Sequence record: DRR378314_790
Reading direction: 5' to 3' (one strand)
Length of the DNA stretch: 64,000 nucleotides
Part shown: positions 57,414 through 64,000 of the stretch, in pieces
How positions within the stretch are numbered: position 1 is the stretch's first letter
Layout: each line of letters opens with the position of its first letter
Notes under the pieces: generated by a model
Database searches by the model: none
What the model saw: only the letters and a program-made list of their open reading frames with translations
Told to the model about the DNA's origin: nothing
Program-made: the position numbers and the translations under genes

Positions 57414-58994
57414 GTGGCAAAAGGATTATTTCGTTCAGGTATGATTGTAAGTGCAATGACCATGATTTCGCGTGTTTTAGGTCTTGTGCGTGATGCCGTT
57501 GTAGCAAATTTACTGGGTGCTAATGCTGCCGCAGATGTATTTTTATTTGCTAATAGAATACCTAACTTTTTACGTCGCTTGTTTGCAGAAGGTGCCTTTG
57601 CCCAAGCATTTGTGCCTGTATTGTCTGATATTAAAGAGCAACAGGGCGATGATAAAGTCAGGCTTTTTGTTGCTCAAGCCGCAGGCACACTAGGAACCAT
57701 TTTATTAATTGTCACAGTGTTAGGTGTTATCGCTTCACCCGTGATTGCAGGGTTATTTGGAGCCGGTTGGTTTATCGATTGGTATCAAGGCAACCCCGAC
57801 GGTGAAAAGTTCATTCTTGCCAGTGAATTGTTAAAGTGGACATTCCCTTACTTATTTTTTGTAAGTTTAGTGGCATTAAGTGGTGCAGTTATGAATGTCT
57901 ACAATCGTTTTGCTGTTGCTGCATTTACACCTGTGTTACTTAATATTTCAATCATTAGTTGTGCTATGTTATTGCACGATAAATTTAACGTTGGAGCGTA
58001 TTCACTTGCCATTGGCGTGTTTGTTGGTGGGGTCGTGCAATTATTGTTTCAACTGCCGTTTTTGTATCGCGCAAAAATGCTTAGTAAGCCCCGCTGGGCT
58101 TGGCAAGATAGCAATGTAAAGAAAGTACGTAAACTGATGATTCCAGCGTTGTTTGGTGTTTCTATTAGCCAAATCAATTTACTACTCGATACCCTGATTG
58201 CCTCGCTATTGATGACCGGTTCTATCGCATGGCTGTATTACTCAGATCGATTGATTGAGTTCCCACTAGGGCTGTTTGGCATTGGTATAGCCACAGTCAT
58301 CTTACCTGCGTTATCTAAGTTACATAGCACTAAAAGTAGTGGTGATTTTCAGCATACACTGGATTGGGGGGTGCGGTTTGTAATTTTTTTAGGTTTGCCC
58401 GCAATGGTTGGCTTAATACTTATCAGCCCGTTAATTATTTCAGTGTTGTTCGATCATGGTGCTTTTAAAAATGGTGAGGTTGACCATGTGCACGCGGTAA
58501 GCTTGGGCGTTACAGCTTATTCGGTTGGCCTGGTGAGCTTTATGTTGATTAAAGTTCTAGCGCCAGGTTTTTATGCTCGCCAAGATACCAAAACCCCCGT
58601 TCGAATTGGTATTATTACGCTCGTACTTAATATGGTTTTCAATATAATGCTTGCCCCATTTATTGGTTATTTGGGGCTTGCTTTGGCCACTTCAATGTCC
58701 GCTAGTTGCAATGCTTACTTGCTATATAGACAATTGAAGAAAGAAAAAGTATACAGCTTTTCAAGTTTTAGTAGTTGGTTTACCGTTAAGTGTCTTATTT
58801 CTAGTGCGGTCATGGGATTGAGTGTTTGGTATATTTCAAACCAGTTTTTATGGCGTGAGTGGCACTTTAGTCAACAAGTTGTTTTACTATGCAGCCTATT
58901 AGCGCTAGCAGGGGCTGCCTATTTCTTGTCGATGTTTTTGCTAGGTGTAAGACTAAATACGATAAAAAACGTAGCAACTACTGAATCAAATTAA
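57414..58994 (+). CDS. murJ: Lipid II flippase
   Basis: SRVLGLVRD, RIPNFLRRLFAEGAF, DRLIEFPLG, FYARQDTKTPV. Confidence 0.97.
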   Translation: MAKGLFRSGMIVSAMTMISRVLGLVRDAVVANLLGANAAADVFLFANRIPNFLRRLFAEGAFAQAFVPVLSDIKEQQGDDKVRLFVAQAAGTLGTILLIVTVLGVIASPVIAGLFGAGWFIDWYQGNPDGEKFILASELLKWTFPYLFFVSLVALSGAVMNVYNRFAVAAFTPVLLNISIISCAMLLHDKFNVGAYSLAIGVFVGGVVQLLFQLPFLYRAKMLSKPRWAWQDSNVKKVRKLMIPALFGVSISQINLLLDTLIASLLMTGSIAWLYYSDRLIEFPLGLFGIGIATVILPALSKLHSTKSSGDFQHTLDWGVRFVIFLGLPAMVGLILISPLIISVLFDHGAFKNGEVDHVHAVSLGVTAYSVGLVSFMLIKVLAPGFYARQDTKTPVRIGIITLVLNMVFNIMLAPFIGYLGLALATSMSASCNAYLLYRQLKKEKVYSFSSFSSWFTVKCLISSAVMGLSVWYISNQFLWREWHFSQQVVLLCSLLALAGAAYFLSMFLLGVRLNTIKNVATTESN

Positions 58995-59067
58995 AAAAAA
59001 GATTATAATCGGCCATTCTACGGCTGAAATAAATTTTCGGGCGGGTTAGCAAAGGCAATTAGGTGGT

Positions 59068-59994
59068 ATGGAGTTAATTAGAGGTATTCACAACATTCGT
59101 ACGCAGCATAACGGCTGTGTATTAACCATTGGTAATTTTGATGGTGTTCATTTAGGTCATGCCGAAGTTTTAAAAGGCTTGCTGAAAGACGCTAAAAAGC
59201 ATAATTTGCCAAGCACAGTGATGTTATTCGAACCCCAGCCGCAAGAATTTTTTGCAAAAAATAACGCACCTGCTCGACTTACACGTTTACGTGATAAACT
59301 TAAGCTGCTAGATAATCTTGGTATTGAACGCGTTATTTGTATTAGTTTTAATCAACAATTTGCGAACATGCAAGCAGAGCAGTTTGTTAGTGAAATTTTG
59401 ATTAATAAGTTAGGCGTAAAAGCATTAACTGTGGGTGATGACTTTAGATTTGGTAAACAGCGTAGAGGTAACTTTAAGTTACTTACCCAAATGGGTGAAG
59501 CTGCGCAAATGGACGTGAAAAGCACTGCGAGTTTTCGTCAATTAAATGCTAGAGTAAGCAGCACATTAATACGTGAAGCATTGGCTAACGGTGAACTTGG
59601 GCAAGCAAAATTAATGCTTGGTCATAACTACGCTATTTCAGGGCGAGTTATTCATGGTTGGAAACGTGGTCGAGAGCTTGGCTTTAGAACTGCTAACATA
59701 GCTTTAAAGCGCCAAGTATGCCCTGTAAACGGGGTGTTTGCAGTGCAAATAACACTGGGTGATAAAACACTGCATGGGGTTGCAAACATTGGTAACAAGC
59801 CCACATTTAATGGAACACGCGCATTATTAGAGGTACATTTATTTAGTTTTGCGCAAGATATTTACGGACAGTTTATGCATGTGGAGTTAATAAAAAAACT
59901 TCGCGATGAGCAAAAATTCGAGACATTAACACAATTGACGGCACAAATAGCAACTGATGTTGCTGCCGCTAAACAGTGTTTTGGTTTAAATTAG
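59068..59994 (+). CDS. ribF: Bifunctional riboflavin kinase/FAD synthetase
   Basis: TIGNFDGVHLGH, VGDDFRFG, SSTLIR, GRELGFRTAN, LEVHL. Confidence 0.97.
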   Translation: MELIRGIHNIRTQHNGCVLTIGNFDGVHLGHAEVLKGLLKDAKKHNLPSTVMLFEPQPQEFFAKNNAPARLTRLRDKLKLLDNLGIERVICISFNQQFANMQAEQFVSEILINKLGVKALTVGDDFRFGKQRRGNFKLLTQMGEAAQMDVKSTASFRQLNARVSSTLIREALANGELGQAKLMLGHNYAISGRVIHGWKRGRELGFRTANIALKRQVCPVNGVFAVQITLGDKTLHGVANIGNKPTFNGTRALLEVHLFSFAQDIYGQFMHVELIKKLRDEQKFETLTQLTAQIATDVAAAKQCFGLN

Positions 59995-60019
59995 GTAGCC
60001 GATACGGAAAGTAGGATTA

Positions 60020-62848
60020 ATGAGCGACTACAAACATACTTTGAATTTACCGGAAACAATGTTTCCAATGCGCGGCAATTTGGCACAACGTGAACCAAAA
60101 ATGCTTAAAACATGGTATGAAGACGACCTATACGGTCAAATTCGCAACGCTAAAAAAGGTAAGAAAACTTTTATTTTGCATGACGGTCCTCCGTATGCAA
60201 ACGGCGATATCCATTTAGGCCATTCAGTTAATAAAATATTAAAAGACATTATTGTTAAGGCAAAAACGTTGTCTGACTTCGATGCCCCTTATGTACCAGG
60301 TTGGGACTGTCATGGTCTTCCAATTGAACTAATGGTTGAGAAGAAAGTTGGTAAGCCTGGCGTTAAAGTAACTGCGAGCGAATTTCGTGAAAAATGCCGT
60401 GCTTACGCTAAAAAGCAAGTTGAAGGCCAAAAGGTTGATTTTAAACGCTTAGGTGTTTTTGCCGATTGGGATAAACCTTACTTAACAATGAATTTTGATT
60501 TTGAAGCCAACGCTATTCGCGTGCTTGGTCGCATTATCGAAAAAGGCCATTTACACAAAGGTGCAAAGCCGGTTCATTGGTGCACAGATTGTGGTTCAGC
60601 ATTAGCTGAAGCAGAAGTAGAATACCAAGATAAACAATCACCCGCTATTGACGTACGCTTTGAGTTTACTGATCAAGCCGCGGTCGTAAACGCATTTGAT
60701 TTAAAAGCAGGTCATGAAGGTACTGGTACGGTAAGTACAGCTATCTGGACAACAACACCATGGACGCTACCAGCTAACCGAGCTGTTGCTGTTCATGCTG
60801 ACCTAGAGTATGCCCTTGTTCAAGTTGACGATGAAGGCGCGCAGCAGCGTTTGATCTTAGGCTCAGAGCTTGTCAAAGATGCCATGGATCGTTATGGCTT
60901 TAATCATTACCACGTTTTGGGTTATGTAAAAGGTGCTGCAATTGAGAACTTACACGTTGCGCATCCATTTTATGACTTTAACGTGCCTGTTATTGTTGCT
61001 GAACACGTAACCACAGATTCTGGTACAGGTATTGTTCATACAGCACCAGGACATGGTCAGGAAGATTTCGTGGCAGGTTTACAGTACGGCCTAGAAGTTG
61101 CCAATCCGGTGGGTGCTAATGGCGTATATCTACCTGATACAGAGTTATTTGCAGGTCAGCATGTATTTAAAGCTAATGCGAGCGTTATAGATGTGCTTAC
61201 TGAGCGAAATGCGCTAATGCATCACCATGCACTAACACATAGCTACCCGCATTGCTGGCGTCATAAAACGCCAATTATTTTCCGTGCTACGCCACAATGG
61301 TTTGTCAGCATGGATCAGGCTAATTTGCGTCAAGACTCGTTATCTGAAATTAAAAATACCCAGTGGTTACCTGAGTGGGGCGAAAGCCGCATTGCTAACA
61401 TGGTAGAAGGGCGTCCTGACTGGTGTATTTCACGCCAACGTACGTGGGGTGTGCCAATTGCTTTATTTGTTGATAAAGACACTGGTGCATTGCACCCTAA
61501 TACGCAATCACTGATTGAAGAAGCTGCTAAACTGGTTGAAAAATCAGGTATTCAAGCTTGGTATGACTTAGACCCTGCAACACTATTAGGTGAAGCTGAT
61601 GCTCAGCAATACATGAAAGTGCAAGATACACTTGATGTATGGTTTGACTCAGGCGTGACACATGCTTGTGTTGTTGATGCACGTGAAGAGTTAACTGGCC
61701 CAGCTGATTTATACCTAGAGGGATCGGATCAGCATCGAGGTTGGTTTATGTCATCAATGATGACGTCAGTTGCAATTAATGGTCATGCACCTTATCGCCA
61801 AGTACTTACGCACGGTTTCACCGTGGATGAGAATGGTCGTAAGATGTCAAAATCATTAGGCAATGTTATTTCTCCGCAAAATGTGATGAACAAACTAGGG
61901 GCTGATATTTTACGCTTGTGGGTTGCTTCAACGGATTACACTGCTGAAATGACCGTCTCTGATGAAATTTTTAAGCGTTCAGCAGATCGTTACCGTCGCA
62001 TTCGTAACACCAGCCGCTACTTATTGGCTAACTTAAGTGGCTTTGATCCAAAAACAGATCAAGTTGCTATTGAAGACATGGTTGAGCTCGACCGTTGGAT
62101 TGTGAGTCGTGCGGCACAGCTACAAGATGAAATTGTCACGGCTTATGATAGCTACCAAATGCTACAAGTGACGCAAAAGCTGATGAACTTCTGTACAGGT
62201 GAGCTTGGTTCGTTCTACTTGGATGTAATCAAAGACCGTCAATACACAGCTAAAAGTGACAGCCACGCTCGTCGCTCTTGTCAAACTGCGCTTTATCATA
62301 TTGCAGAGGCAATGACGCGCTGGATGGCACCAATAATGAGCTTTACAGCTCAAGAAATTTGGGAAGCTTTACCTGGTGAACGTGGGCAATACGTGTTTAC
62401 GTCGGTTTGGTATGATGGCTTAGAGGCAGTAAGTGAAGGTCAGTTTAGTAATGATGATTGGCTCACTATCTTAACTGTTCGTGATGAAGTGAACCGCGTT
62501 CTAGAAGCTGCACGTAAAGAAGAAACTATAGGTGCAACATTACAAGCAGATGTAAGCATTTATACGACAGCAGAGCTTGCTCAAAAGCTAGCCGCTTTAG
62601 GTGATGAGTTACGCTTTGTATTATTAACATCAAAGGTAACGGTTACAGTAGTCGATGCACAGCCTGATGAGACTCATGCAACTGAAATCGAAGGGTTATA
62701 CATTAGCGTTGCGACAACGGATGCACAAAAGTGTGAACGTTGTTGGCATTACTGTGATGATGTAGGAAGTAATCCTGCTCATCCTGAAATCTGTGGTCGT
62801 TGTGTAAGCAACGTAGATGGCGAAGGCGAAACTCGTCAATTCGCATAG
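60020..62848 (+). CDS. ileS: Isoleucine--tRNA ligase
   Basis: [36 protein letters not shown]-terminal Zn finger. Confidence 0.99.
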   Translation: MSDYKHTLNLPETMFPMRGNLAQREPKMLKTWYEDDLYGQIRNAKKGKKTFILHDGPPYANGDIHLGHSVNKILKDIIVKAKTLSDFDAPYVPGWDCHGLPIELMVEKKVGKPGVKVTASEFREKCRAYAKKQVEGQKVDFKRLGVFADWDKPYLTMNFDFEANAIRVLGRIIEKGHLHKGAKPVHWCTDCGSALAEAEVEYQDKQSPAIDVRFEFTDQAAVVNAFDLKAGHEGTGTVSTAIWTTTPWTLPANRAVAVHADLEYALVQVDDEGAQQRLILGSELVKDAMDRYGFNHYHVLGYVKGAAIENLHVAHPFYDFNVPVIVAEHVTTDSGTGIVHTAPGHGQEDFVAGLQYGLEVANPVGANGVYLPDTELFAGQHVFKANASVIDVLTERNALMHHHALTHSYPHCWRHKTPIIFRATPQWFVSMDQANLRQDSLSEIKNTQWLPEWGESRIANMVEGRPDWCISRQRTWGVPIALFVDKDTGALHPNTQSLIEEAAKLVEKSGIQAWYDLDPATLLGEADAQQYMKVQDTLDVWFDSGVTHACVVDAREELTGPADLYLEGSDQHRGWFMSSMMTSVAINGHAPYRQVLTHGFTVDENGRKMSKSLGNVISPQNVMNKLGADILRLWVASTDYTAEMTVSDEIFKRSADRYRRIRNTSRYLLANLSGFDPKTDQVAIEDMVELDRWIVSRAAQLQDEIVTAYDSYQMLQVTQKLMNFCTGELGSFYLDVIKDRQYTAKSDSHARRSCQTALYHIAEAMTRWMAPIMSFTAQEIWEALPGERGQYVFTSVWYDGLEAVSEGQFSNDDWLTILTVRDEVNRVLEAARKEETIGATLQADVSIYTTAELAQKLAALGDELRFVLLTSKVTVTVVDAQPDETHATEIEGLYISVATTDAQKCERCWHYCDDVGSNPAHPEICGRCVSNVDGEGETRQFA

Positions 62849-62857
62849 GAGTAGTAA

Positions 62858-63358
62858 GTGAGCAAGCTAGCCCAAAAAAGTGGTTTAGTGTGGCTTTGGT
62901 TGAGTCTGCTATTTTTAGTAGCAGACTTCGCTAGTAAAACACTGGTCGTGAATACTATGAATCTTAGAGATTCAATTGATATCTTACCGTTTTTTAATCT
63001 AACTTATGTACATAACTACGGTGCGGCATTTAGTTTTTTGAGTGACGAAAGCGGTTGGCAGCGTTGGTTTTTAAGTGCAATCGCAATCACGATTAGCGCA
63101 CTATTAATTTGGTGGTTAAAACGCTTGCCTGCATCAAATAAAGTCTTGTGTGGTGCTTATTCTTTAGTATTAGCTGGCGCGATAGGTAATCTTTACGATC
63201 GTATGTATTACGGCTACGTTATCGACTTTTTACATTTCTATTATGAAAACTGGCACTTCCCTGCGTTCAATATTGCTGATAGCGCAATTTGTGTCGGTGC
63301 TGCGTTGTTATTATTTGATGCCTTTACTGGCGAAAGTCCAAAGGAGCATAAAGCATGA
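62858..63358 (+). CDS. lspA: Lipoprotein signal peptidase II
   Basis: NYGAAFS, GAIGNLYDR, VIDF, FPAFNIAD. Confidence 0.97.
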   Translation: MSKLAQKSGLVWLWLSLLFLVADFASKTLVVNTMNLRDSIDILPFFNLTYVHNYGAAFSFLSDESGWQRWFLSAIAITISALLIWWLKRLPASNKVLCGAYSLVLAGAIGNLYDRMYYGYVIDFLHFYYENWHFPAFNIADSAICVGAALLLFDAFTGESPKEHKA

Positions 63359-63813
63359 GCCAAACAGTTATTACTGAAAACTCAGAAGTCATTTTTCATT
63401 TTTCAATAAAGCTATCTGATGGCTCTGCGGCTGACTCGACCAAGGTCCATAACAAGCCAGCAAAGCTTGTGATGGGGGATGGTAGCTTAACTGCTAATTT
63501 TGAAAAGTGTTTATTTGGTTTAGCACCAGGCGATAGTAAATCATTTGAACTAGAGCCTGAAGACGCGTTTGGTCAGCCAAACCCAGATAACATTTATTAT
63601 GTTGACCGTAGCAAATTTGGTTCTGAGACTCCTGCGACTGTTGGTTCTATTATTGCGTTTACTCAACCTGATGGTACCGAGTTACCAGGACTTGTTCGTG
63701 AAGTGCAAGGCGAGTCAGTTACTATCGACTTTAATCATCCTCTTGCAGGTCAGAAACTGACTTTTGAAGTGGAAATTTTAGAAGTTGATAATACGGCTAA
63801 GGTAAGTGATTAA
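63355..63813 (+). CDS. fkpB: FKBP-type peptidyl-prolyl isomerase (SlpA)
   Basis: [25 protein letters not shown]; conserved position between lspA and ispH. Confidence 0.93.
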   Translation: MSQTVITENSEVIFHFSIKLSDGSAADSTKVHNKPAKLVMGDGSLTANFEKCLFGLAPGDSKSFELEPEDAFGQPNPDNIYYVDRSKFGSETPATVGSIIAFTQPDGTELPGLVREVQGESVTIDFNHPLAGQKLTFEVEILEVDNTAKVSD

Positions 63814-64000
63814 TGGATATTTTATTAGCTAACCCGCGTGGTTTTTGTGCCGGTGTTGACCGTGCTATTAGCATTGTAGAGCGCGCGCTGGATATTTTTG
63901 AAAAACCAATTTATGTACGTCATGAAGTTGTTCATAACCGTTATGTAGTGGATGGTTTAAAGCGGCGCGGCGCGGTATTTGTTGAAGAACTCGATCAAGT
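63813..64000 (+). CDS. ispH: 4-hydroxy-3-methylbut-2-enyl diphosphate reductase, 5' part (truncated by the window)
   Basis: ATG 63813: [26 protein letters not shown]…YVRHEVVHN. Confidence 0.95.
   Translation, partial: MDILLANPRGFCAGVDRAISIVERALDIFEKPIYVRHEVVHNRYVVDGLKRRGAVFVEELDQ

Noticed and set aside
716-63760. Numerous short ORFs in the track lying antisense to or out of frame within long genes (e.g. 716-1051, 2490-2732, 6961-7571, 45075-45467, 48519-48935, 51856-53334)
   Set aside because: They fully overlap well-supported genes, show no recognisable motifs and have the composition of shadow ORFs.
56899-64000. rpsT / murJ-ribF-ileS-lspA-fkpB-ispH cluster
   Set aside because: Conserved housekeeping arrangement with intact genes; nothing unusual seen.

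Overview
AT-rich marine gammaproteobacterial chromosome segment (gene content and order suggest Pseudoalteromonas/Alteromonadales; this is an inference). Left end: hotdog-fold gene, a bactofilin + M23 peptidase pair, and the tyrosine catabolism genes fahA and hppD. The ~40 kb between hppD and a divergently oriented tyrR/phhR holds a 5'-nucleotidase-like lipoprotein, a POT peptide transporter and a complete E. coli-type cellulose locus (bcsRQABZC plus divergent bcsEFG). In that locus bcsG is frameshifted inside an (ATTTT)3 repeat. The same 40 kb holds the highlight: a tightly coupled 7-gene, ~18.8 kb operon (25910-44657, minus strand) built around poly-gamma-glutamate (PGA) capsule homologues in an unusual Gram-negative architecture. 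It encodes a CapA lipoprotein, a CHASE2-GAF/PAS-like membrane protein with no output domain, a tandem CapC-CapC protein fused to two degenerate PGA-hydrolase-like domains, a membrane-anchored beta-rich protein, an apparently intact PGA-hydrolase-like exported enzyme, a 1433-aa TPR-like/beta-barrel putative outer-membrane exporter, and a 1370-aa CapB/PgsB ligase with a ~700-aa helical-repeat N-terminus. The right end is mostly core genome: ompW, MATE, dapE-like, an olsF-like acyltransferase with a Pho box, ghrA, smrA, a CheY-like regulator, rpsT and murJ-ribF-ileS-lspA-fkpB-ispH. I saw no rRNA, tRNA, CRISPR array, integrase or transposase. All calls come from motif recognition by eye; no searches were run.
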